Shown here: piece by piece, positions 1 through 13,638 of the stretch
How positions within the stretch are numbered: position 1 is the stretch's first letter
How the letters are laid out: each line of letters opens with the position of its first letter
Origin: Nymphaea colorata
Lineage: Eukaryota
NCBI RefSeq assembly: GCF_008831285.2
Contig: NC_045138.2
Location: 36,022,001-36,086,000, forward strand
Direction of reading: 5' to 3'
DNA length: 64,000 nt
Notes under the pieces: generated by a model
Told to the model about the DNA's origin: nothing
What the model saw: the letters and a program-made list of their open reading frames with translations, nothing else
The model's database searches: none
Program-made: the position numbers and the translations under genes

Positions 1-3000
1 TGTTATATTATTGAAGTAGAAAGCTGCTAAACTGTCCACCGCAGAAGCACACTGACACAGCGTTCCAAGAAACCCCAAGAAATTGTTACATGCAATTAGT
101 GTACAAACACTTTACATGAAATTAATGTACAAATATAGTTGACCCTTTCACATAAACAAAAGCTACAAATGATTTCCAAAAGATGATTTCCTACACAGAT
201 CACTCAAATTTCTGCAATACATGAGGCATTGTCCACAATAAAAACACAAAAACCAAAAACTCTCCCTCTTCCATACACACACATATTTACACATGATTGA
301 GAGAAAAAAAAATGAAACAACCTAATCTTTAAGGGACCCACCTGTGCAGAGATTCCAGCATCTAAACTCTTTAGACCAGATTCAAGCGATCCAGCTATGT
401 GCATGAAGGTACTTGTATCTAGATTGATGATAACAGAGATATGGCCACTGAAGAGGATGTCCAAGAATGCATAGTAAGCTCGTGCAAGCTGGAGGGGAGA
501 AAATAATTCCATATAAATGCATTTATTCCCATAATCATGTAACTAATTTCACTCAAGCTGCCTTACAATTCATAATATCACATATGGAACATCAATATAG
601 TATGATCTATCAAGTGTCAATTATATCCAGCATGAGGAGACAGTAAAAGCACTGTAGAGAAATAAAGAAAGGGAGCAAACTGGGTAAGTAGTTATCTAGC
701 AGGTACTTGAGCAAAAGACAAACAGTCAAAAGCAACAAGCCTGAGCTATGGCTCTCTTTAATATTTTCATGAGTTCATAGCCAAATGGTAATATCCTCTG
801 GTCAGACTTCTCATTATAGGCATTTAGTTCTCTATGCGGTTCAAATGCCAAGCACAAAGACGTGATATACACTGAAAATGTGAAAATGGCTAAAGAAGGC
901 TGACATATTTAGTTGCATCTCTATTTTTTTTTAATTAACAAAACCAGACAAGACTCAAAGATGCCACTGGAACTCAATACTGGTTCAAGGTAAAGGTACT
1001 ATTACCTTGACAAACTATGCTGTAAACTGAACCACAGAAAAAGATTTCGGGGAAATCAGCCAGGTTCATGAAGGACTGAAGGTACCTTAATGTCACAACT
1101 ATTAACAAGACTTGTACCTTAGGGAATGCTAGTATATCAGGAAGTGGAATTGATAGTGCCATCTTTAGAGCAATATCAAGAGCATCTGAGAGAGCTCTAT
1201 CACCATATAATTCAAAAACACCAAAATTGACATAGTTTCCTCCTAATGCTGCAAACAAAAAAATCAGAATCAACATACATTCATCGTAGGACAAAAGAAA
1301 GATTATGTAACAAACCTCACTCCATATCTAATGTTTAGAAAACAAAGAATGAAATATGAAGCCTTCACTGTGGAAGCCATTGTCAGTACCCCTTGTAAGA
1401 ATAGTCAAGCATATCCACATTCCCTTGTATCTGTTTGCATAAACATCGGTTGTGACAGGAAGGGTCAAAATCCTTGATCCATATGCCACAAGCAATTTGC
1501 TGACTTCTCGAAATAGAAGGATCCCATTAGGAGATGATGAATCAAAAGTGAGGCGCTGGGATTTATTTAATACAAATTCCGCCATGAACTTTAGCAATGG
1601 AGTTGTAACCTGCAAATTTATGCAATGTCAGCAACACAATTTTTGGTAATTTCCAATCATGTTTGACATTAATAACAATTAGAACATAAAGAACTAACTG
1701 GCTTAGAGTTTTTTAAAATAGGAATTCAAATTAAGACACCTAATAGAGCTGCATCTGCCACTTCATCATCTCTGCTCTCTCTCATTCTTAAAATCAAGAT
1801 TTTCTGTTTCAAAGTTTGATAGTTGGAGTCCATATCTTTCTCAGGAACATCGACAATATCTTGATTGAATGTTTAAGCCTCTTTACCAATTTTTTCTTCT
1901 AGAATTATCATCATGGGGTTTTCGCCTCCTCCTGACCAAAAAACTTTACTCCATGGTTCCTTTTTTTTTTACTCCATGGTTCCTTTTTTTTTAATTGTAC
2001 TTCATTCATTTTCAATAATCTTTATTTCTAACCTCATCATACTTGATATATATTTTAGACATTTTATGTTGACACAGTCATAACTTTTCCTACATGAACA
2101 TTTCTTCTACATCATGTAAGGGTTCGGGGGCAGGAGTATCTCATCTACTCATTGCCAGTCACACACAAATACATGCATGCAGACTCACATCTGCAGCTTG
2201 TTTCAGATAAAGAACATGTATGAACCTTTCAGAGACATGCTATTTGATCAAGGTACTATAACCATAAAATATCTGAACCTTCAGAATTATGGGCAGCATA
2301 TGTACTTCAACCTTGAAGAAACACATGTCAAGTTGCCTACTTAGGACGTCAATGCTTTTTTTTTTGCAAGGCTAAATCCTGTTTCACACTTTTTTTCTAA
2401 TTCCTTACCTAAAGGCCATTGACCTTCTTACTAATTAGCCTTTTGAAAAACTGCAAATGCTCAGATATGGAAGACATGAATAACCCTTTCATTGATAATT
2501 AGTCCATCCAAAACACCACAATCGGCCCATCATCAATGCAGCATGATAAAATTTAAAATGAAAATTCAGGAAAAAAATCCAGTGCAAATAAAGACCATTT
2601 TCTTAGGAAAAGCCAAAAATTATGCAAAGATGCAAGAAACAAATTTTGTACCCAAAGAAGAAGGACAAAGTTTCAATACATCATTGATATTTAAGTCATT
2701 AAGAAAGTCAGATAATGGACTTTACGACTGCCTGGTGCCTGCACTAACAAACGATGAAAGTAAGGACATTACTCCATTTACATTTTACTCATTCCTCAAA
2801 GATCTACGCAGGCCGATAGATGCATATTGTTGAACATGATTGTAAGAAGATATAAAATCTTTGAAGAATATGTAGCAGACCAATACATAACATCAATCTT
2901 AGCAAAGAAACTGTAAGTTATATCAGCTCACCTCTGGTGCATCTATCCAATGGGCGACACCCTTCAAGAGAAGTGGCATATGCCTAGGGTATAGCCAATC

Positions 3001-6000
3001 AAACAGAAGTCCATATGTTCTCCGACTGAATAAAGCAAACGGAAAAACCAGCAAGTAATCAAACTTTTTTGATAAATAATCAAATGAAGCTGCTTAATTT
3101 AGAAAGGAAAACCAAATGCATTTATGGAAGTAGAAAACATTCAACATAAGCAGCTATTACACCAACCTATTTGTTGCCATTGCTATGCCTCTAAGATCCC
3201 TCATGAGGCCAATCAAAGCGTATTTAACAGCATCAGTACGGAAAAGAGCATCAGGTGTCGACTCCAAAGTTATGAGAACCTTTAATTGGGCATGAAAGTC
3301 AAAGGAAAAGCTTTAAACTTCAGTAACAATTACAATCAACTGCTGTGCAACAAAAATCAAGAGAGCTTCTCAGAATAACTTTAGGCCAAACTAAATAATG
3401 AAGTTCCAAATGCCAAAGAACGAAGCAACATGTCACACATATTATTGTCTATGTACAAGAAGCAACAAATTAGTAGAACGGTCACATGCCAAAACAGCCC
3501 AATTATATTTTTCTGTGATAATGCATGGCTCATGAACCAACAAAATTAAAAAGAAATGAGACGCTTGGAAAAGAGATGCAGGATGTGATCTCAATAAACA
3601 GAACTACTGGAAACCATCTCTATTTGTGCTAGAGTTAACTAAGCTGAGGGTTAAACAAAATATGAAAGTTCTTGTACATATGGACTATTATACCCCATAC
3701 TCCAGAAGTGTCGGGTAATAAAAGGTAGTAAAATTAGAAGGCCATAAATCAATGGGCACTTACATAACCAGACACTAACAACAACAATGACCTACATGAC
3801 AGAACCATGTTTCTGATATAGACTGGTCCAGGCGCATCAAGTACTTGGTTTTTAGGTTCAACAAAGCTGGATCACTGATCCACCTTTAACAAAAAGCCTA
3901 AACAAAAGACATCGTATAAAGATATGTCACATGGGTACGGAGACAGGTGTGGCTGTGGGTGCTGATGGTGCCGAACAGTTTCAAAAAATTTGGGTATGGG
4001 GACACTGCATATATATATATATAATATTTTAAGTAAATAAACATAAATTCATTGTTTATATTCATAAAAATATATATCACTGAACAAATCAAACTAAGAT
4101 ATCAAAAAATTATTAAAAGATACCAAAAAGAGTTTTAAAAAAAATTGTCATATCCAAGCCATGTTCCGTGCTGTACCCGTCTCATGTTATGTTAAAACAT
4201 GGGTTCCTCAACTGATTAGCCATGCCATAGTACATAGCTTATAAGCAACAGGACTTAAGCAGACAATGCACCATTCCATGCATTGGAGATTGCTAGCTGG
4301 CTGGTCTTAGTATTGCCTAGTGTCAATATTTGTAAGGTGCAATCATCTCTGGTTACCCTCATTAATACAGTTTTTATGTGTTTTACCAAGAGATTTCAGA
4401 TTTCTACTCAATCCTCATGTACTAACCTCAAATTACCAATCCAACCTCCAACCAGAGTAGATAATAAAATATAAGCATATGTATGCCACACACCTGCAAC
4501 AGTGGATCCATAGATGATTTGAACTTTACTGGACTGTCCTCCATGAATATCAACCAACCAATAGTATAGTAAAATGTGGTCCTACTCCTTGAACATTTAT
4601 ACTCCTCTAGGAATGGAAAATGCTCTCTCTGCAAGAATACAAATGGCTATATGAAAACTTATACAAGAAAACAATTATAACCATAAACGTAAAATATAGA
4701 TCAGTAGCATGTTCTCTGAGCATCATTCCAGTTTTATAGCCACATAAAAGTTTGCTTAGTCTATGCCCAAAGATGTGCTTGCTGTTGCATAAAAAAATGT
4801 TCTGGATCTGAACTGATTTACAAAATATCTATCATCAAGTTATAGTGTCAAATAATAGTTAAAGATAAAGTGGAGAATAAACAGATCCCACCCTAATATT
4901 CCACACATCTCCAGGTGACATCAAGCAAAATCACCTCCAGCTGATAAAAATATGTCCATTTTTAAAAAATTAAAGTGTTACAATCTCTGCTGCAGTAGAA
5001 TCATAATTGCTAAAGCTGAAAATGAATCAGAGACGGGATACCTATGGAATTCAGGAAGTAGGCATTTCAAACAAGCAAACATATGAAACTCTTAAAGAGG
5101 ATTCAGAAAGTATCCGCTATCAATGAACTTCACTGTTATTGCAAAAATAAACATGAACATACAGGACTCAAGCAAGAAAAAATCTGAAATAGCACGTGAA
5201 TTTATCAAGAGAAATATGTGAAACTATATGGATTATGGACAACTGAGCAAAACAAATGAAATTCATAAGACACTAACAGTTCAGAGAAATTATCATTGCT
5301 AAATTGCAAATGTTTTTTTATGCATGGAAACAGCAATTAGCTTGATAAATGTTTTAACAATCTACATTGAAGAACAGCTAGAGAGAGGGAGTTACAGTAT
5401 GATGTCCAATAATGATGAATTTAACTGTATCCAATTTGAGCAGCAATTTTCCTGTCATATACCTGTACAAAAATGCAAATATTTGCAAAATTAATTTCCA
5501 TATAACTTGTTACAACTATATATTAAGGAAAAACTTAATAAAGGAAATAAAGCTAACCCGGATGCTAGCTCGAGAAACAGTGCCAACGTGTGCTCAATGA
5601 CTTCCTCACTCTACAAAACCAAAAAAGTAAGTACATGCAAACTCATAAAAAGGAAGCAACATGATGCACATAAATTTGCCAAAAAAGTGATTTCATGCAA
5701 ACTCATAAAAGGGAAGCAACAGAATGTACACAAATTTGAAACTTACCTGAGCATAGCATTTAAGGTTTGTTGCAATTTTACCAACAATTGCATTGAGTAA
5801 AACCAGATGATCGTGAAGCCCAAGGAGTTCAGACAACCGAGCATATAACTGCTGCGCAATACCAGAAACATAAATCAAAAAGTTAAAAAAAATCAAAATA
5901 TGACAAGAAAGTGGAAAATTGAAAGAGAGTTTGTCAACCTTTGAAGAATGCATAGCTTGATCCCCAACATAAGCTTTCCGAAAATTCTGAAAGAATGTTA

Positions 6001-9000
6001 ATATAGCTCGGTCAAGCCTTTGCTTACTGCTTTCACTATATCTCTGTCAAGGAGAGTCAGAAAATACACATTGTTAGACATGCAAAAACAGGCTACCAAA
6101 CACAATAGAACAAAATATAAGATAAAAGAAGATGGTGAACATTGTTCTCTGATGATTGATGATGCACATGAAAAGGCATGATCCTTACCAGGAAAAATGA
6201 TGAAAAAACAAGTCCTAATTTTTTTAGAAAAAAGGATATTTAGATTTTCAGAAAAGGATTAGACAAATTGACATGAGACTTCCCAGATTGGCTTGCTAAG
6301 CGTCAAGATACCCCATACTCCAGCTGAATGTCTTCACGAAAACCTTCAAGCATACTGAAGCCTAGATGCTTTTAAAGAGCTAAATATGCAAGAAACAGGG
6401 ATCTAATGAAAAATTCAAAATACAACTCTAGCTTTCACTATCTTGCATAAAATGAAAGATTGGATGCTTCTTATACCTGTGTATGTAATCCAGTATCACT
6501 GACATTTATCAACTGGAAAACACGTGCTGCAAGCTCTGCATCAATGATTTCCTGAGCCTCGGAACTGCATGGATACAATCTCAATATGGAATTGTTTTGC
6601 ACTCAAAACGCCATGACTCAAGTGAAACTTCAGCCTTTGTATACCTGCAACTTGTCCCCTGCTTAATTTTGAGTACAGCAGCTATTATGTGAACCATCCA
6701 TGCAAGTTGTCCTTCAATCACAGAAAGCTTATTTGTGTCTCCATTTGAAGGCAACCTAGCCCTATCCTGTGCAACAAAAGAAATAGCACCAAAGGAAATA
6801 AAATTTTAGGAAGAAATTGTGCTGCTATCTTATGGTTATTGAAAGAGGAACACAATTTCTTCATGAAAAGGTACCGTATATGTCTGCAGAATTGGCTCCA
6901 ATAGCTTCATAATGTACAAACTACTACTTTCATACTGCAATTTATGGAGTCAAAAAGGTGAAAGCAAATGACCAAAATAAGTTTGAATTCTGATATTTGG
7001 TAAATTATACGAAATGGCAACAAGTGCAACATTGAAAGAACATGCAAAGGAAAAATTGTAGAATCAGATTAAGCTAACACCTACTGATTCATGTATGTCT
7101 ACTTGTGCATGAATAAGCACCAACATAAAGAAAAAGCGCACCTGGAATCTGCAAAGGTAAGGAAAACTTTCAAGTTGATCTTGGAGTAGTTCAACATTGT
7201 CTAGAGGATCTTCTGAGAGGTCATCTGGCAAACCTGCCTGCAAGAACCATTTGCAAATAAGAGCATGCTATAACTCCATGTCCTACTCAACATGAGGAAG
7301 GGGAAGAATAATGAATATCAGCCTGTGACAACCTGGAGTAAGGAAACGTGATTAAGCAGGCTTACTTGCACAGAATCAAGTCTTGATGTGATAAAACCTT
7401 CTGTAATTTTGGGTACAAACTCATCAAGTAGGCTTGGCATATCACTTTTTAGATAGGGAACAGATGTCACCAATCTTGACCACAGCCCCAGAAGATAATA
7501 CACGCTACTGCTAGCCCACTGGCAAGCAAAAAAGAAGAAGAAACTCAATTTCATGGCTCAAAAAGGTTCATCTTTCTCAAATCAGTGAGCAGGCACCAAA
7601 CTAACCTGCCACGATTGCAAAGATTTTGTGGTAAACTCTGCTACCAGACGGATCCAATCACTATAGCCTTCCACATTAACAAGCTCGGACAACTGAAACA
7701 GAGTTGCACAAATTAATAACCACTAGTTAAGGATGATTGAGCAAATCAGCACGTCTCAAACTCAAAGAGTTATAAAAATTATCCCTGAGACTAAAGCATA
7801 TCTCAAGCATAGCAACAAATATTGTTCTCGGGTTTCTATCGGCAGATTTTTCTTCAGCAAAGTTGTTTCTTTTTTGGGAAAATCCCAAAGCTTTTTTAAA
7901 AATCAAAAATCAAAATGCTAGGTAAAAATACAAGAAATGAAAAACTAATAAGTATTGTATTTGCATTGCATTTAGGAAGTCAGGTGAATACCAAAGACAA
8001 GAGGAAATAAGACAATGAAACAAAAATTGAAAAAAATAAAACAGAAAATGAAATAAACAAAAAATCACGATAAATTGATTTTAAGGTTTTTTTTTAGAAT
8101 ATCGCTATATTTTCCCTTTTTTCAATTTTTTCATTAATATCATGATATTTTTTAAAATTTCACGATATTTGTGGCTATGGTCGTAAAATAAATTTTAAAA
8201 TACAGTAACTCAGTAAGACAGAAAAATAAGTCACAAAATATATAAAGGTTACAGAAGCAGAAGCCACATTATAATCCCTTCTTCATTGCTTTGCAGGACT
8301 ATGAATCTCCTCACTTTTGCTATGGCTTATTTAAGAGGTCAATCTTTCTGGCCTGGAGATAATCTAGAGAGGGGTCACCTGGATAAGGTTCCAGGATCCA
8401 GAAGCTTCCCAAAGGAAGGATTTAGCAATCTCCTCATAATTGTACCTAAGACCTTGCACTAGCATTAGACACGGATACCCAAAACTTGTCATGATTCCTC
8501 ACTAATTTCTTTGCCACAAACAATTTAATACACGACCAAAAATCATGATTTCTCTTTAATTTCCCCAGTTTCTATTCATGCATCTGTTCAGACCCTAAGA
8601 TTGATTGACACATAGTCCTTTCCTAAATGAATGACTATAGCTAGGTGTACTCTAGAGCCCTCTAACTAGTCCATACAACAATCGTCCATTTTGTGACTTC
8701 ACTATTCAACATTGGTAGATAACATCACCTTGGATTGCCATCAAAGAGGCCTCAAAATATTCAAAATTCTTGAGGAAATTTTTACCTGATAATTTACCTT
8801 GAAGCGCCCAAGAAGACGACAGTACTCATGATAATTGTCATGTTCAACAAGGCCTGCATCGTAAACAGATTTTTTTATTTTGACACCTCATCAAGAAACA
8901 CACAATAGTAGGAAAGAAAGAACGAGAAAATGAAATAAGCTTAAGAAACCTGTATATGCTAACCCTTTGTAGACAATATGAGTAATCATGCACATCTATA

Positions 9001-12000
9001 AAACGCACCAATTAATAGTGAACGACAAACCGAAAAGATGCAATAGGACCAATTAGGAGCAAACAGAGATGTCCAGCAATTCAAAGCATCAGACTCACTA
9101 ATCCAATCCACATAACTAGTTACACACGCAATAGAAACAAGTTATTGTTAAGCCTGGGCATCGGGCTGGCCCAACCCTACAAGGAGTCAGCCTCGGGCAG
9201 CCCGACACCCAAAACCCGTGCCAGGCCTGATTAAATTAAAAAATATATATTTTTAATATTAAACAATATATAAATATAATTAATCATAACAAAATATTAA
9301 TAATTATATATATAAATCAATAAATATATATATTTAAAAAATATTATCGAGCCCACACGGGCAGGCCTGATAATTGATCGGGCTGGCCCGGTGCCCTATT
9401 TTTTGGGGCCAGGTACTAGGTACCTGCCGGTGGCAACACCCGTGCCCAGGCTTAGTTATTGTAGCTTTCTTACAGTTTAGACAGTTTTATTGGAAACTCA
9501 AATTGGCTAAGGCCGACTTACAAAAAAAAAAAAAAAAAAACCACTAAACAACTGGTCATATGACCCTTAAATGTTGCTAGGTAAAACACCATAAGAAAGA
9601 AAAGTAAGAAACTAGAAGTACAAGGCTGTCTTGAAAAGAATCCAACTTGTCATGCTCCAAAACAATAATTGCAGGGTGCACTAAGGCTCCATTAACAAGC
9701 AGCGTGGATTACTGTGTGCTGCTGAACATCCACCAACATGAGATCCCCTCAGGTCTGAGATCAGAGAGGAAACAAGCATGACCTAAAGGTACAAGAGCCA
9801 GGAGAAACAATAACAATAGGGCCATATCAATCTGTAAAGATGACAAAAATTCCTCCCTTGCTGAGGGAAGTGAAGTTCATCACATGGAGACAGACATGCT
9901 ATCTAATGGTTGAAATATAAAAATGATAACAGTACAGGGTGGCTGAGCAAGCTTTGTTTGATAGATCTGGATGTGGGAGCATAAACCACATGAACAATTC
10001 CAAAGTGTTTAAAAGGAGTATTGGAACAAGCATATGCTCCAGACATAACTCAGGACGTGAACTACTCAAGGTCAGCAAATAAGAATCACCAGACATACCT
10101 CGCTGGTCCCCACACATATTGCTTCCTCACATAGAATCAATTGCTTCCATTAGAAAAATGGACATATGGTCATTTACTTTAAGCACAGTATATCAGTCAA
10201 AAGGGCCACCTGAAAAGACATTCCATGCACTTTTGCTTTGTGTTCCTCAAGGTAAAAAATGTCACGCACCCTCATGACATTGTAGGGCACAACAAACAAC
10301 GGTATTTCCTTCAGTATTACTACAAATTGCAGTCTAAGTAATCAAAGCATCAGAGACTATCAATTGCATTCATTAGCTTAAACAAAAGAGCCTGAGCAAT
10401 GAGCTTAAAATTTTTGAAACCATTGAAGCAGAACTAAAAGTAATAGAAAGGTCACACATATGCTAATGCTTTAAAATTTTTAATGGTTAACAAAATCAGG
10501 GAGGAGAAAGGGAATGGCCTTGATGTCTCCCGTTTAAATGTATGCCCAATCATCCAGGTAGTTCTGGGCACTCGGACTGCACCTTAGGAGCCTACATGAC
10601 GCTAAAGTCTTTATATAATATTAAAACAGAAGATAAAATAGCATAGCCCGTTGTAAAGCAACAAGTAACGATGCAGATACATCAAACCAAACAGTAACCT
10701 GAGGAAAAGCACCCAAACAATGAGCTATTCGAACCAAGGAGAAAATGATTATAGATGTTTAAAAAATCATTAAGGCAAGTATCAAATTCAAAATCAGAAT
10801 ATATATAGAAAATATGGTCTTTTTGCATGGAAGATAAAGAACTTAAAATCCATGCAAAATGAATTGGAAGTCATTCAGTAGAACAAGTGCACAACAGTGG
10901 CTGATAAGAGAGCTAAATACAAACATAAATAGCCAGAACGACTGTTAAATAATATGATAACAGATAAGCAACCTTGCCCTGTTTGCAGAATCTCCTTTGT
11001 TCCAGTCATCAGCCGAGCAAGGAACTTGGATCTTTCAGTGTCATTTGCAAACAAAGAACGCCTCACAGAGGCAAGGCGTACTAAGCACTCCAAAGCCTGA
11101 GAAAAAATGAGAAGGCCACTCAATGTGAAGTATGAATTAAACTGCTCAGAGCAACTAAAAAAATCGCAACAATATCAAGCAATTAGCAACTACAATCCCT
11201 CTTCAATGACCACATTAGTCAACACATGAAGGATACTCTCACACTCCCTGGAGTAAACAACACCAAAAAACAATTCCAAGAACAAATGCCTTTTAGTTAG
11301 GCCCCAAAAGCTTAAGTATGAATCCAAGTGACAAAGATGTAGGTACAGGCATGAAAAGGATGACATGCCAAAAAAAGAGACCTTGTAAACATTTAAGAAA
11401 AAAGCAAAAATGAAGCATCACATATCTTGCTATAATGCTGCCACCAGACACCAGAAAACTCAGCCTGTTGCTGAAGGCAGCCGTCAATGAGGCTACAGCA
11501 GGCTGCTAGAGGCTGGTACAGGTAGAGGACGGGGAAGGAAAGAGGGAAAGGGAGACACTTTGAAGGGCTTAGGATTTAGAGACACAATGCTTAAAATCTT
11601 ATGAAAGTGGAGCAGACCTGGAACTGATCCTGATCCAGATTTTGTATTACAGGTATGGTAGCCATATCCACATGCCTGTATCACTGCACTAAAACATATA
11701 CGTGGGCCTAAGGCCCTGAAGGGCCTAAACAATGTATGCACATGACTTAGGTCTGCATGGTCGTTCATTTCTTTTTATGATGAATATTGCGTTTGAGTCA
11801 TCCTCTTGTGTGAAAGAAACATACAAACCCAGATTACATTATGACAGAACTTGCAATTTATGAAAGGTGAATTGTCCTAATCAGATAACAAAACGGACTT
11901 GTCGTTTAACTTGCATTCTTCCCTGTTTCTAGCAAACCTTCTTTCTATATGACTTCTCATTCATTACCCACCAATGTCCATGCATCTTGATCACATGTTC

Positions 12001-13570
12001 ACATGGCAAAATGCATCAAAATTATTTTCTGATGCCATGATCATCAAACAAAAGGCAAAAATAAATATGGCCCCAAGATAATGTTACAAGTATTAACAGC
12101 GTCAATAGGACAAAAAAACACCCATAAGAGCCATTCTGGACTGTAACAGTTTCAGAGTATCACAAACCTCCTTTGACAGAGGAGGCTTAGTGATTGCATA
12201 GTAATCAAAGAAGATCTGCAATGTCTGAGGATCCTCAAGCACTTGTCTCCAAGCAGATGGAATCTGCAGGCTCACAAAGATCATAAACATTTAATATTAA
12301 CAGGTGCCAGATCAGAAAAGGACTTATGTAGACAAGGCATACCTGAATGGTGCCAAGTTCATCTGAGCTTTCATCCAAGGAAGTTCCCACAAAGTCAAAT
12401 GACAAACATTTAAGTGCTAGACTAAGAGCCAAGCCTTTTAGCCTGTTATCCACTGAAGCAATATAAACCAAATTTAGACGAAAAATCATCATTACATATA
12501 AACTGAAATAGAAGTTTGTATATGAAGGATGTCTTGTAGCCAGTACAGCACACCCCCTTATGAGTTTACCATCATTTTTGAGTTGGCACAATGATGTTAA
12601 TGATATCTGAAAAATTTGGAATAAAGCTTGATCTCGGAAAGAGCATGCCACCCGGCGTTGATGTGCCAAAGGGAAACCAGGGTTCACCTGATCATACAAG
12701 GAAACAGTAGGCCAGACCCCAATTACTGTTTGCAACCATAAAACTCCAATAGTGGATCATTGTGCACAAGCTAATGAACACTAGGTACAACCAGATCCAG
12801 TTTGCCATCAATAGAAAGCAGATGCACAATTTTAGTAAGTCAAATGAATAAGTAGATCTTCCCTGGTATATATTTCATTTTATAGATAAGAATCAACAGG
12901 GCATCACTTCTCTAGAAAAAGGAAAACATTAACATCTGACAAATCTGAACAAAGGCCAAAAAAAATGTAAAACAAAAATGTCTAACATTATAACCATGCA
13001 TGAGGTTCCTTCTCAATGTGAGCATCCCGGCACGTTTTGTGCAACTATTTCACAAACAGGCTTACAAATTGATAGTTCAAGTACTTAAATATGTCTGCTC
13101 AGATGTTATAACCATGAATAGGGTTCATTATAATCACTCCCACTCTGGCGTGCTCTATTCAATTCTTTCACAAACAAGCCTAAGAAACGCAAAGGAATTA
13201 CTAAAGGAACAAGGAAAATGAAAAAAAAAATCTTTTCAACAGAAAAACACTCAGAAAAAGGGGGTCAGGCAAGCAAATGACTTGCAGGTCCTTAGCAGAA
13301 GGATCACCACTTAACCCTAGAGATATACCTTGTAAACCCACTGCCTAGACAAGGAAATCCACCTAATACACATGGCCTGTATTTTCCATGTCCCACTATG
13401 ATCAAGTAGACTTCCAAGATGTCAACCAAAGTCAGCAAATAAACATTTCAAGCTAACTAGCTAAGTCACATGGGCACCGTTACGGGTTTGGGTACAGGTA
13501 AGGCGATGTGGGTACAAGCGGGGCAATTTTAGAAAACATGGATACATGAGAGTTTGTTTGTATACATACA

Positions 13571-13638
<68 letters not shown>

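Noticed and set aside
5634..5740. 60-bp tandem duplication in a short exportin intron
   Set aside because: Real but ordinary local duplication; splice sites and frame are unaffected.
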